Positions 16,220 to 25,837 of a stretch of 35,334 nucleotides of DNA are shown here, one piece after another. The notes below the pieces were generated by a model. It saw nothing but the letters and a program-made list of their open reading frames with translations. It was not told where the DNA came from and did not search any database. A program made the translations under genes and the position numbers. The DNA is from a virus. Lineage: Duplodnaviria > Heunggongvirae > Uroviricota > Caudoviricetes. How positions within the stretch are numbered: position 1 is the stretch's first letter; each line of letters starts with the position of its first letter. The stretch lies in IMG/VR virus record IMGVR_UViG_2778261179_000021, positions 1 through 35,334 of that record; one strand, given 5' to 3'.

Positions 16220-19200
16220 ATGCAGTCGATCCAATTTAAACGCACACAGACGGCTGGTAAAAAACCAACGCCGGAACAATTATCACAGGGTGAGATCGCC
16301 TTACAACTGGCGGACCATGTGATTTACACCAAAGACAAAAATAATAATGTAGTTCAAATTAGTGTTTCTCCAGAAAAACACGCTGAACTGAATACGAAAG
16401 TAGACAATAACAAAACTAGCACTGACCGTGTTATTGCAGCAAATAAGAAAGAAGCTGCTGATAATCTGGCTAGTGCTAAAGCTGAACTTAATCAGACTAT
16501 CACTTCTACCCGTGATACCCTCAATGCTTCAATCACTGCTGGCGATACCGCAGCCAACAAACGAATTGATGCTTTGACTACCACAGTAGGTAACAATAAA
16601 ACCGAAGCGGCTAACGCTCTGGCGGCTGCTAAGACTGAACTGAATCAGACTATTACTTCAACCCGCGATACTATCAACGCGACAATTAACAAGAACAAGA
16701 CAGATATTAATGCGCGAGTTGATCAGACGAATACCAACGTTACCAACTTAACGAATACTGTCGCAGCAAATAAATCAGCAATAGAAAAGACGGTAGCGGA
16801 TAATAAGAAAGATGCGGACACGAAGATCACCAATCTTACTAGTACGGTCTCTGCGAATAAGACAGCCATTGAAAGAACTGTTGCAAATAACAAGGCCAGT
16901 GCCGATGCCGCAATTGCCGCAGCTAATCAGCGAATTGATTCGATTGAAGGTAGTGCCGATGCTGCTTACATCAAGAAGAATACCAACACTTACCATCACG
17001 GGTATTTGTTAAGCAAGACCGCTAACTATTTTGATGATGCTGGCGCACGTAACCTTGATTATTTTGGTGCGTTTCGTCCGAACAATGCCGAAGGTTGGGG
17101 TAACTTAATCCTTAACATTCCTCATTCTGGCGGTAAAGCCCACGGTCGCGGTTTTGAGTTCCACTATGGGTCTAGCTCATCTCAAGTTAAAACCTATGGC
17201 TTTGATAAAGATGGTAATAAGCGATTCAGCTACCGCATGTATCATGAAGGTGATAAGCCGACTCCTACTGAATTGGGTGTGTATAGTAAAGCCGAAGTTG
17301 ATCAGATGTTCACTAAACCCGTTCATATGTCAACTGGTGAAAATGCGGCTGGTTACTTTAAACTGGCAACGGCAACAATTCCACAAGGGGGTCGAGGCTT
17401 TTTCATCCGTATTTTCGGTGGAAATGGTTATAACGTTAATAGTCCTGATCAGTGTGATATTGTAGAAATTGTTATCCGTTCCGGTAATGGAAATCCGAAA
17501 GGTGTAAACGTTGTTGCTTATCGTCGTAATACTAATAACGAGTTTGAAACCTTTGCGGTTAATACTTCGGGTGATAACTATGATATCTATGTGAAATATC
17601 GCAAATACACCGATAAAGTTACTGTAGAGTACGGTAAAAGTGCTGATGTGACTTTAAATGTGTATGATACACCTGAATTAACTCTCGTTAAGCCGTCTAC
17701 TGGTGTTAACGAAGGTCGTGTTATTACCTTGTTTAATACTGAAAATAAACGCGGTACTCTGTCCTTTGATAATAACTCACAAGCAACTTACGATATTGTG
17801 AGTTTGAGCGCCGCACAGGACCGTAACAAAAAATATCTGCGTAAATTCCGTAGTCAAGCGGTAGAGACCATCTGGCATGAAGTTGTTAACGGTAGTTCAT
17901 ATCGTTTAGCTACTGGTGTTACCGATTCTACTGATGTTTTTCAGATTGATTCTACTGGCTCTGTTGCTGGTCCATATAAAGGCAACGTGACTACTGGACG
18001 TATGGAATTAAACGGTGGTAGTAATGCATTAACTTTGCGTCGTCCTGCTGGACAATCTAACCATATTACATTCCAAGATAACCGTAGTGGTAATATTACC
18101 CGTCAAGGCTGGATCGGTTATGGTGACGCTGATACTAACGCATTGCAGATATATAGCGATGTAGGAAGTAACAAATTTGCATTAGAAACTAACGGTCAGA
18201 TCTCTCTGAATGTTGGCGCAACAAAAATTGTTTACTCTAACGGACAATATTATTCCGCTAACTCAGATGCATTCCGTATGATTTACGGTAATTACGGTGC
18301 ATTCTGGCGTAATGATGGCACTAAAGTATATTTGTTATCTACTGCTGAAAATGATCGTTTTGGTGGCTGGAACGGCAACCGTCCGTTCATTTACGATTTA
18401 ACTAACGGTAAAGTTACTTTAGGTGGTGATGGTAACGAAGGTGCATTAGTTCTTGAAAGAGATAGCCGTGCTGCTCGCTTTAGTAATAACGTATTCTTAG
18501 AGAAAGGTTTGCTTACGTTCTCTGCTGGTGGAAATCAGTCGATGGATTCTTTCACGATTAACCATTGGGGGAATAGTAATGCCGATCGATATAACGTTTT
18601 GCAATTCCAGGACACTAGCGGAACTCACTTTACCACTGAACGTAACGGATCTGGCGGTTTGCTTGCTCATTTCCGAGGGGATTTAACTACCGAAGGAAAA
18701 TTAACGTGGGGTAAGGGTACAGCTACTTCTAGTTTCAATATTCGTGCATGGGGCGCTGATGCTCGTAAACAAGTATTTGAATGTGCTGATGAAAGCGGTT
18801 GGCATTGGTATACCCAACGTCCGGGCGGTCCGGGTACTACGGCAATTGAGTTTGCTATCAACGGTACTGTTAAGCCTCAAGCAATTCACACTGGCGGCAA
18901 TATTCTTTTGAACGGTGCTGATATTGAATTTCGTCGCACTGGTAATAAGCATATCTGGTTTAGAGATCCAACTGGATTAGAACTAGGTTTGATGTATTCC
19001 GATGATGCTGGTGTTATTCGCTTCCGTGGTCAGAAACAAGCCCAGACGTGGAAACTTGCGGATAAGATGATCCAGTTGGAATCTGGTACTGTAACCGGAG
19101 GCGGTAATGGCCTGATTCGTGGTGAAGTTGCTGGCGGTAGTTGGGCTAGCTGGCGTGACCGTGCTGCTGGCCTTATGGTTGGGTGTCCTCGATCAACCGA

Positions 19201-19738
19201 TTCCGCTCATAACATCTGGAAAGCGACACATTGGGGTAAATATCACATTGCAGCAATGGGTGTGCATGTTCCTAGTGGTACTATCGGTAACGCTCTTGTG
19301 CGTCTCCATGTTCATGATACTAACTTTGACTTTAACGCTGCTGGTGATTTTACCGCAGGTCGCAACGGTAGCTTTAACGATGTTTACATTCGCTCTGACT
19401 CTCGTCTGAAAATTAACAAGGAAGAATTACAGGACGGCGCATTAGAGAAAGTAAACTCCCTGAAAGTCTACACCTACGATAAAGTTAAATCTCTTTCCGA
19501 TGACACAGTGATTAAACGCGAAGTAGGCATTATTGCTCAGGATCTGGAAAAAGTATTGCCGGAAGCGGTAGGTATTCAATCCACAGAAGATCCAGAACAT
19601 CCAGAAGCAATCAAGACTATTTCTAACTCTGCTGTCAATGCTTTAATCATCAAGGCTATGCAGGAAATGGACGCCAAATATAAAGCGCAGATCGAAGCAT
19701 TACATAAAGAGATTGCCGAACTGAAAGCAACTAAATAA
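16220..19738 (+). CDS. long tail fibre with C-terminal intramolecular chaperone (peptidase S74-like) domain
   Basis: 1172 aa; N-terminal about 51-aa tandem repeats (…AKAELNQTITSTRDT…); C-terminal about 115 aa …IRSDSRLKINKEEL…VGIIAQDLEKVLPEAV…NALIIKAMQEMDAKYKAQIEALHKEIAELK match the self-cleaving chaperone domain of endosialidase/T5-type L-shaped fibres. Confidence 0.8.
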   Translation: MQSIQFKRTQTAGKKPTPEQLSQGEIALQLADHVIYTKDKNNNVVQISVSPEKHAELNTKVDNNKTSTDRVIAANKKEAADNLASAKAELNQTITSTRDTLNASITAGDTAANKRIDALTTTVGNNKTEAANALAAAKTELNQTITSTRDTINATINKNKTDINARVDQTNTNVTNLTNTVAANKSAIEKTVADNKKDADTKITNLTSTVSANKTAIERTVANNKASADAAIAAANQRIDSIEGSADAAYIKKNTNTYHHGYLLSKTANYFDDAGARNLDYFGAFRPNNAEGWGNLILNIPHSGGKAHGRGFEFHYGSSSSQVKTYGFDKDGNKRFSYRMYHEGDKPTPTELGVYSKAEVDQMFTKPVHMSTGENAAGYFKLATATIPQGGRGFFIRIFGGNGYNVNSPDQCDIVEIVIRSGNGNPKGVNVVAYRRNTNNEFETFAVNTSGDNYDIYVKYRKYTDKVTVEYGKSADVTLNVYDTPELTLVKPSTGVNEGRVITLFNTENKRGTLSFDNNSQATYDIVSLSAAQDRNKKYLRKFRSQAVETIWHEVVNGSSYRLATGVTDSTDVFQIDSTGSVAGPYKGNVTTGRMELNGGSNALTLRRPAGQSNHITFQDNRSGNITRQGWIGYGDADTNALQIYSDVGSNKFALETNGQISLNVGATKIVYSNGQYYSANSDAFRMIYGNYGAFWRNDGTKVYLLSTAENDRFGGWNGNRPFIYDLTNGKVTLGGDGNEGALVLERDSRAARFSNNVFLEKGLLTFSAGGNQSMDSFTINHWGNSNADRYNVLQFQDTSGTHFTTERNGSGGLLAHFRGDLTTEGKLTWGKGTATSSFNIRAWGADARKQVFECADESGWHWYTQRPGGPGTTAIEFAINGTVKPQAIHTGGNILLNGADIEFRRTGNKHIWFRDPTGLELGLMYSDDAGVIRFRGQKQAQTWKLADKMIQLESGTVTGGGNGLIRGEVAGGSWASWRDRAAGLMVGCPRSTDSAHNIWKATHWGKYHIAAMGVHVPSGTIGNALVRLHVHDTNFDFNAAGDFTAGRNGSFNDVYIRSDSRLKINKEELQDGALEKVNSLKVYTYDKVKSLSDDTVIKREVGIIAQDLEKVLPEAVGIQSTEDPEHPEAIKTISNSAVNALIIKAMQEMDAKYKAQIEALHKEIAELKATK
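16430..16930 (+). repeat. in-frame tandem repeats (about 153-nt unit) within the tail fibre shaft
   Basis: For example GCTAAAGCTGAACTTAATCAGACTATCACTTC at about 16475 versus GCTAAGACTGAACTGAATCAGACTATTACTTC at about 16628. Confidence 0.6.
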
Positions 19739-19794
19739 TAAAAGTCGGGGGACTAGTTCCCCCGTAATAACAATTTTAATTAAGGGGTAATTCT

Positions 19795-20268
19795 ATGTCT
19801 CAGCAATTTAAAGATATTTTTACTGGTGGTCTGGTAAGTCTGTTCTATCACGCCGACACCACTAATACCGCTCTCGACCACGAAAGCTACGAAGAAATTA
19901 AAGAGTGTGCTGGTTTTCCTGAAACTGGTATCGAGCGCGGTACTGTAGAAGTTAAATCCTTCTCTTCTCAGTATAACCGTAAACTGGTAGGTAAACTGAA
20001 CGTTCCTGATCTGACTCTGACCGTTAACTACATCCCAGGTGATGCGGTACATGAAAAACTGATCAAAGCTGCCGAAGACGGTACTCGTATTCAGATTAAA
20101 GTAGAATATTACGTTGACGCAGCAAAACAGACTGGTATTCGCACCGCTTTCAACGGCTTCATTTCTAAAGTTGCTATGAACGGTGGCGATGAAGAAGTTG
20201 TAACCAAAGAGTTTACCTTCGCGGTGGATGGTGCTCCGCTGAAACAGCAAATCTTCACTGCCGGATGA
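19795..20268 (+). CDS. putative major tail (tube) protein
   Basis: AAGGGG RBS; 157 aa; sits in the V position upstream of G/GT and tape measure; ends in TGA followed by the same extension module as the capsid gene. Confidence 0.5.
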   Translation: MSQQFKDIFTGGLVSLFYHADTTNTALDHESYEEIKECAGFPETGIERGTVEVKSFSSQYNRKLVGKLNVPDLTLTVNYIPGDAVHEKLIKAAEDGTRIQIKVEYYVDAAKQTGIRTAFNGFISKVAMNGGDEEVVTKEFTFAVDGAPLKQQIFTAG

Positions 20269-20388
20269 ACTAACGAAGAACTTCCCGAACCGGAACCACA
20301 GCCGGAACATGAAGCGGTGGTGATTCCAGAAGTAGAAGAAGTTACGGCGAAAGCCACAGCTAAACGAAGCCGCAAGGCTAAAGATTAA
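20269..20388 (+). other. in-frame 39-codon extension downstream of the major tail TGA stop (candidate readthrough product)
   Basis: Open in the tail-gene frame to TAA at 20386..20388; encodes TNEELPEPEPQPEHEAVVIPEVEEVTAKATAKRSRKAKD, sharing EEV-TAKAT-K--RK-K with the capsid extension. Confidence 0.5.
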
Positions 20389-20393
20389 TTATA

Positions 20394-20422
20394 AGCCCTG
20401 CCTTAATGGTGGGGCTTTTTTA
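20394..20422 (+). terminator. intrinsic terminator after major tail gene and extension
   Basis: AGCCCTGCC-TTAAT-GGTGGGGCT hairpin followed by TTTTTT; near-identical to the terminator at 14548..14575. Confidence 0.7.
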
Positions 20423-20436
20423 TTGGAGTAATCAAA

Positions 20437-20943
20437 ATGGCGAATGTCGTTAATAAGCCTGGCTGGGTCGGGTCATCTGCTGTTTCTGTAACTGGTCAAC
20501 GATGGATGAGCGCAGCAATGAACGCATTAAAGGTTAGTCGCCCAGCTAACATGAGTGCGATGTGTGGTCGTGGTATGGATACGGTTGTAGCTACTGCTGC
20601 GTGGTCTACTTCATTGGGTAATAACTGGGGTGTAACTGCTTCAAACTATCCAGTAACTGACATGCGCGGTAAAGGATCTATGGAGAACCCCGAAAACGTG
20701 GGCGTAGGGCGTCTGATTGGCGTTATCGTTGGTCAATTCAATGGCGGTACTCCTACTATGGCTGTATATCTCCAGAACGGTAGAGCGGGGAATATAACCG
20801 TTAATTTGGGTGGTGCTGCTGTCACTGTTCTTTATAACAGTATGCAAAGTGGTTTTCATTACTATTGGTTAAGCAATCCTCCGGCTGCTTTCCTTACCAA
20901 CATTAAGAAGACTGGCACTAAGCAGACTTTGAAAATCTCTTAA
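20437..20943 (+). CDS. hypothetical virion-associated protein (beta-rich, 168 aa)
   Basis: GGAG RBS; ORF between the major tail gene and the G chaperone; no recognisable motif. Confidence 0.45.
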   Translation: MANVVNKPGWVGSSAVSVTGQRWMSAAMNALKVSRPANMSAMCGRGMDTVVATAAWSTSLGNNWGVTASNYPVTDMRGKGSMENPENVGVGRLIGVIVGQFNGGTPTMAVYLQNGRAGNITVNLGGAAVTVLYNSMQSGFHYYWLSNPPAAFLTNIKKTGTKQTLKIS

Positions 20944-20985
20944 ATTCTAAATAAACATATCGAATTAACTTAAGAGGAAACAAGA

Positions 20986-21294
20986 ATGAATATTAATGAA
21001 ATGCTGAAAGCTCTTTCTCCGAAACGTGAATCTCTGACCATCGGCGGATTCACGTTCTATGCTCGCCCTATGTCAGTAAAAGAATTTAACGAACATGTTT
21101 TCAATACTGATAAAGAAGACCGTGATGAACGTTCGATTCTTCGTTGTATTGAAGATGAAGACGGTAAACCGGTATTTGAATCTATGGAACAAGTTAAGGC
21201 ACTGTATACTAACGTCCGCAGTGAATTAATCGGTTTGGTTGCTCAAGCATCATTGATGCAAGATCCGGCAGTAATTGAAAACGAGGTAAAGTAA
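20986..21294 (+). CDS. tail assembly chaperone G
   Basis: AAGAGGA RBS; 102 aa immediately upstream of an overlapping -1 frame ORF and the tape measure gene (canonical G/GT arrangement). Confidence 0.6.
   Translation: MNINEMLKALSPKRESLTIGGFTFYARPMSVKEFNEHVFNTDKEDRDERSILRCIEDEDGKPVFESMEQVKALYTNVRSELIGLVAQASLMQDPAVIENEVK
21286..21294 (+). other. candidate -1 programmed frameshift site (GUA AAG UAA) generating a G-T fusion
   Basis: The T frame (-1 relative to G) is open from 21279; A-AAG immediately before the G stop codon allows tRNA-Lys to re-pair on AAA in the -1 frame. Confidence 0.45.
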
Positions 21295-21323
21295 ACCCGC
21301 TTCTGAATTTCTATTTTCGGCAA

Positions 21324-21674
21324 ATGATGCGATCGGGGCTTAGTAAAGATGAAATGGATAATATGCCAATCACTCTGTTTTGGAAATTATACATTTTCGA
21401 CACCTACTTAGAACCACAAAGCCCCGCGTTTCATGATATGCAGAATGCGATGTTGCAATATTCCATGTATATGACGTCGCAAGGAATGACTCGTGAAACT
21501 GCAAAGAAACTCAAGCCTAGCCAATTCCAATTAATTAGAGAAGAAAAACTCTTTAAAACTAAAGAAGAACTGGAAGAACTTGCACGCAAGAAAGAAGAAG
21601 AACGTAAAGCTGCAACATTGAGCATGTTCGATCCATCTTTGCTTGAGAAACTCAGAAGCGCACAAACGGGGTAA
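21324..21674 (+). CDS. tail assembly chaperone T segment (probably expressed as a G-T fusion by -1 frameshift)
   Basis: 116-aa ORF in the -1 frame relative to G, without a convincing RBS of its own, ending 4 nt before the tape measure start. Confidence 0.55.
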   Translation: MMRSGLSKDEMDNMPITLFWKLYIFDTYLEPQSPAFHDMQNAMLQYSMYMTSQGMTRETAKKLKPSQFQLIREEKLFKTKEELEELARKKEEERKAATLSMFDPSLLEKLRSAQTG

Positions 21675-21677
21675 TTT

Positions 21678-24107
21678 ATGACAAAACATATAGTAACAAT
21701 AGAAGGGGATAATAAAGGTCTAAGGAGAAGTACCAGTGAAGCCGCCGACCTTCTCGATAGTTTGTCTGAAAAGGCAAGTGGTATTGATTTTGGTGGTGGC
21801 TTGTCTGGTTTGACTGGATCTCTTCGTGGGATCGCTGGCTCTGCTGGTTTGGCTGCTGGTGGTATCGGCTTAGTTGCGACCGCAGTGGTTGCAGCCGCTA
21901 AAGCTGGTGCGGAATACGTTAAACAGTATTCAGAAGTATCTAAGGCGACCGGACTCTCGATTGAATCCCTTCAAAGACTAGAAAAGGAATTTTCTGGTAC
22001 TGGCCTAACAGTTGAAAAATTCGGTGATATCAACAAAGACACCTTAGATAAGATGGGTGATGCATGGGCTAACGGTGGTGGTATTGCTGATGACTTAGAA
22101 TCGGTTGGTCTTAAGTTAGAAAACTATGCTCACTTCATGACAGATCCGCAAGGTGGTATGAAAGCGGCGATCCAAGTGTTCTATGACATGAAGAAAGCCG
22201 GAAAATCAATGGCTGAAATCAAGTTCATGATGGAATCTTTAGCCAGTGATTCAAGCCATATGACCAGCCAGCTTGAGAAATATAATAGTGCTCAAGAGGC
22301 GATGATCGCTATTCAGAATCAATCTGTTAACGTCACCGAAGAAAACGCTAAAAAATATGATAAATTTTCTCAAAATATCAATAAGCTGGAAAATAATCTG
22401 AAAGGTGTCGGTATGACCATTTCTGGTCCGCTGGTTGATAGTTTAAACTGGTTATTTGACTGGTTTAATATTGATTGGGAAAAGAGTTCTCTATTCAGGG
22501 CATTAGATCGACTGAATAAAGAAGGCAAGACCGCAACTGGCGGTATTCTTAACGCCAACCATAAAGACGCTCAAAAGATTATTGACAAGTACAATAAAGA
22601 AAAGCGTTGGAATAATCTAGCAGATTGGGAAAAGGCCGCGATCCGTGGTGCTGGTGTCGATCCTCGTACTGCTGGCTTTGATGTAGAAGGATTTAAGAAA
22701 CGTTTTGGTGGGTCTTATAAGAAAAATGGTGCTCTGATTGTCGTAGATGCTGGTGAACATCTGACACGCAAGGCAGATCCTAACACTGATTTAACTCTAC
22801 CAAATAAACCAGTAAGACCAGAATCATTGGGTAAATCTGGCAACGAGAAGAAAGCCGAGGAAGAAGCACGCAAGAAAGCGGAAGAGGCAGCTAAAAAGGC
22901 TAAGGAAGCCGCAGAAAAAGCACAGAAAGAACGTGAGGATGCAATCAAGCGCCTGAATGCACTTGATGTTAAATTGCAAGGGCAAGTTGCAGCGTCTATT
23001 GCTTCTCAAAACAAGCAGTTAGAAGCCAGCTTGAAAGATTTGGATACTGCTTTAGATCTGGGCTTAATCTCTCAGCAAGACGCAGCCGCGAAACGCCAAT
23101 CCTTAATCGATCAGAATACTGAAAACGTATACAAGATGATTTTAGGTGCTGATCCGGTTGATGCTCTGAATGCTTTAACACAATTGCAACAAATCAGGGA
23201 CAATGAGTTAGAAAGCCATAAACGGTTACTTGATGGTAAGGCTATCTCCTACGAAGAATATATGCGTCGTGTGAATGATACCGAACAAAGTTATTCGCAG
23301 ATTGAAGATTCTTTGCATGGAATGGATGGTTTTAAAACCAATCAGTTGACCAATAGCTTAGACTATCAGGACTCAAATAATCCGTTTGCTAAATTTAATG
23401 CAATCGATAAAGAGAAATCGGAAGCCGAACAAGATTATAAAACCGATAAACTCAAGATTGATGGGATCACCGATCCGGCTAAACGGATGGAAGCATTAGA
23501 AAAACTCAATGAAAACCATCAAAAACGAATGGCTGCAATTGAGAAGAAATATGCTGATGCTCGCCAGTCAATAGCCGATGATATGTACGGCGGTTTTGCT
23601 GCTGCAATGACTCTCTTCGGGCAGGAAAACACAAAAGCTATGCAGATGGCTTTCAATGCTCATAAAGCATTCTCAATTGGACAAGCGACGGTGAACATGT
23701 GGACGGCTGCTACCGATGCATGGAACGATCCGACCAACGTAACCACAGGTCAAAAGATCGCTGCTGCTGCATTGGCTGTTTCTCAGAACATGGGGAACAT
23801 TGCAAACATCAAGTCTACTAATGTTAGCGGTATGGCTCATGATGGTATCGATAACATCCCGCGTGAGGGTACATGGTTGCTTGATAAGGGTGAACGAGTA
23901 GTTGATCAGCGTACTAACGGTGATTTGAAAGACTTCTTATCTGCTCAAAAATCAGGCGGTGGTAACTCTCAGCCGATTGAAGTTAATGCGCCTTTGAACA
24001 TTAACGGCAACGTTAATAGCTCAGACAAGATGGTTATGGATGCTATCAAACGTCACGCTAAGTTAGTTGCTCAGGCGGTAGAAGACGCACAGCGTCGTAA
24101 GATGTAA
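21678..24107 (+). CDS. tail tape measure protein
   Basis: 809 aa; N-terminal glycine-rich hydrophobic segment; long alpha-helical/coiled-coil composition with an EEARKKAEEAAKKAKEAAEKAQKE stretch; location after G/T. Confidence 0.85.
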   Translation: MTKHIVTIEGDNKGLRRSTSEAADLLDSLSEKASGIDFGGGLSGLTGSLRGIAGSAGLAAGGIGLVATAVVAAAKAGAEYVKQYSEVSKATGLSIESLQRLEKEFSGTGLTVEKFGDINKDTLDKMGDAWANGGGIADDLESVGLKLENYAHFMTDPQGGMKAAIQVFYDMKKAGKSMAEIKFMMESLASDSSHMTSQLEKYNSAQEAMIAIQNQSVNVTEENAKKYDKFSQNINKLENNLKGVGMTISGPLVDSLNWLFDWFNIDWEKSSLFRALDRLNKEGKTATGGILNANHKDAQKIIDKYNKEKRWNNLADWEKAAIRGAGVDPRTAGFDVEGFKKRFGGSYKKNGALIVVDAGEHLTRKADPNTDLTLPNKPVRPESLGKSGNEKKAEEEARKKAEEAAKKAKEAAEKAQKEREDAIKRLNALDVKLQGQVAASIASQNKQLEASLKDLDTALDLGLISQQDAAAKRQSLIDQNTENVYKMILGADPVDALNALTQLQQIRDNELESHKRLLDGKAISYEEYMRRVNDTEQSYSQIEDSLHGMDGFKTNQLTNSLDYQDSNNPFAKFNAIDKEKSEAEQDYKTDKLKIDGITDPAKRMEALEKLNENHQKRMAAIEKKYADARQSIADDMYGGFAAAMTLFGQENTKAMQMAFNAHKAFSIGQATVNMWTAATDAWNDPTNVTTGQKIAAAALAVSQNMGNIANIKSTNVSGMAHDGIDNIPREGTWLLDKGERVVDQRTNGDLKDFLSAQKSGGGNSQPIEVNAPLNINGNVNSSDKMVMDAIKRHAKLVAQAVEDAQRRKM

Positions 24108-24110
24108 TTA

Positions 24111-24156
24111 AAAGCCCCCATAGTCATAAATAATCATAAAACTATGGGGGCTTTTC
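24111..24156 (+). terminator. intrinsic terminator (long-stem hairpin) after the tape measure gene
   Basis: AGCCCCCATAGT ... ACTATGGGGGCT 12-bp stem with 16-nt loop followed by TTTT. Confidence 0.5.
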
Positions 24157-24157
24157 T

Positions 24158-24718
24158 ATGTTCAAATCCAAGAATATTAAAATCACAGATTTTACTCTTA
24201 AATCAAAACAACCTTTCTTCAAGGCGCAATCTATTTCTGGTAAGTTCCAGCGTCGCTTTACTGGCATTCATTTTTATGAAGCAGAATTTACAGCTAATTT
24301 CATGGCTCAGGATATTAACGAAGTAAAAGAATTTGTAGCACGTCACCTTTTTGGTCGTCCTTTTAGTGTGCCACTGTCTTACTTTTCAAAATATACAGGT
24401 GATGTACGCCAGATGGTTACGGCTGCTGCTGGTACTGCTCGCGGTGGGCGTAAGGTGAGAATCTCCAACTTCACCGGAACACTGAAAGCGGGAACTATCA
24501 TCCAGTTTGAGAACCACAAGAAAATCTACACGATCACCGAAGACGTGAAATCAGGTGGTGAAATGAAACTCTTCCCTAACTTGCGTCAAAACGTCCTGGC
24601 TGGTGAGGTGATCAAGTATCAGAACGTAGAAGGCGAATTTGTTCTCAAAACTGAAAATATCGATTGGAAGATCGCCCAGATTGGCAAGATGAAATTCGAA
24701 TTAGTGGAGAATGTATAA
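24158..24718 (+). CDS. minor tail protein (distal tail / gpM-position protein)
   Basis: 186 aa ORF directly downstream of the tape measure; function by position. Confidence 0.55.
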   Translation: MFKSKNIKITDFTLKSKQPFFKAQSISGKFQRRFTGIHFYEAEFTANFMAQDINEVKEFVARHLFGRPFSVPLSYFSKYTGDVRQMVTAAAGTARGGRKVRISNFTGTLKAGTIIQFENHKKIYTITEDVKSGGEMKLFPNLRQNVLAGEVIKYQNVEGEFVLKTENIDWKIAQIGKMKFELVENV

Positions 24719-25371
24719 TGGCAACTATTCAGGAATCATTCAGCAAACTATGCACTAATCTGGACTTCATCGAGGTCTACAACGACCAGACAGGTCAGAA
24801 TGTGTCTAGATTGACTCTACCGCAGCTTTTCTCTACTGGATCGATGTTTCACATTATCGAAGTAGTAACCGCGTCAGGGGACGTTCTACGGCTTACAGAT
24901 GGGTATTTCGATCTGGACTATAACGGATTTACGTATCTCGCAACGGGTGATTTTCTTCAAATCTCATCGAATACCGAAGAGAAGGAGATCAACAACAACG
25001 GGATCAACGTAACTGTTTCTAACGTTCGCGAAGAATACATTACCCTGATTCGAAACAAGCAATTCGATAAATCTGATGTGAAAATCGAGATGGTTTTCCT
25101 TAACCCCAACACGGGCAAGGTTGAAACTACTTACCCTGTTTTCCGTGGGGTAGTCGATTCCATCGGTATTAACATCGAACATGAAGATGATGAGTGTAAA
25201 AACGAATCAGAATTTCAGCTTAATAGTATCTGGGAAGTTCTAGATAAAAACGCTCGTAGTCATGCCTCCGATGGTATCCACCGATCCTATGTTGGAAACG
25301 AGAACGATCTATTCTTCTCCCGTGCCGGGAAGTGGCAAAGCGAAAGCAAGTGGCATTCATCGAAGAAATAA
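24718..25371 (+). CDS. minor tail protein (gpL-position protein)
   Basis: ATG 24718 overlaps the upstream stop (TAATG); the track ORF begins at an upstream TTG (24664); 217 aa. Confidence 0.55.
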   Translation: MATIQESFSKLCTNLDFIEVYNDQTGQNVSRLTLPQLFSTGSMFHIIEVVTASGDVLRLTDGYFDLDYNGFTYLATGDFLQISSNTEEKEINNNGINVTVSNVREEYITLIRNKQFDKSDVKIEMVFLNPNTGKVETTYPVFRGVVDSIGINIEHEDDECKNESEFQLNSIWEVLDKNARSHASDGIHRSYVGNENDLFFSRAGKWQSESKWHSSKK

Positions 25372-25417
25372 TCCCTTCTCCCTAAGCCTAGTAAATAACA
25401 GCATGGAGGTATTCAAC

Positions 25418-25837
25418 ATGCTAAAAACTAGGCTTATCACCGATTACATCAATTCTTTAATAGGTCAGGAGTTCGTTCAAGGCGAGAATGATTGCAATCT
25501 CATTGCATGTAAGATCATCGATATTCTCGCTGGTACTGACCTATATAATTCTCTTTATAAAAAATATTCAACTAAAGAAGAAGGCTTGAAAATCTGCAAA
25601 GAATTAAGCGGATATTCAAACATCCTTCAACCAATTAAGAAACATTTCAAATTAGTCACTGATGATTTACAGGACGGCGACTTACTGGTCACAGCCCACA
25701 AATTAGGAAACCGTAATTATTATTCCGTAGTTCCTCATTATTCCGGTTATGGCCTCGTTGAAGAAGATGGTATCTGGATGACCATTCCTGTTTCAGACAT
25801 TGACTATGAACAAGTTTATAGATTCGGGGGTGAATAA
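25418..25837 (+). CDS. tail-associated NlpC/P60-like cysteine peptidase (gpK C-terminal-domain-like)
   Basis: ATG 25418 with GGAGG RBS (track ORF starts at 25262 inside the upstream gene); candidate catalytic Cys in GENDCNLIA and downstream His (VVPHYSGYG); stop overlaps the J-like start. Confidence 0.5.
   Translation: MLKTRLITDYINSLIGQEFVQGENDCNLIACKIIDILAGTDLYNSLYKKYSTKEEGLKICKELSGYSNILQPIKKHFKLVTDDLQDGDLLVTAHKLGNRNYYSVVPHYSGYGLVEEDGIWMTIPVSDIDYEQVYRFGGE

Noticed and set aside
25262-25417. N-terminal 52 codons of track ORF 25262..25837 and the TTG-initiated start of track ORF 24664..25371
   Set aside because: Both extensions overlap the preceding gene in another frame and lack RBSs; in-frame ATGs at 25418 (GGAGG RBS) and 24718 (TAATG overlap) are better starts.
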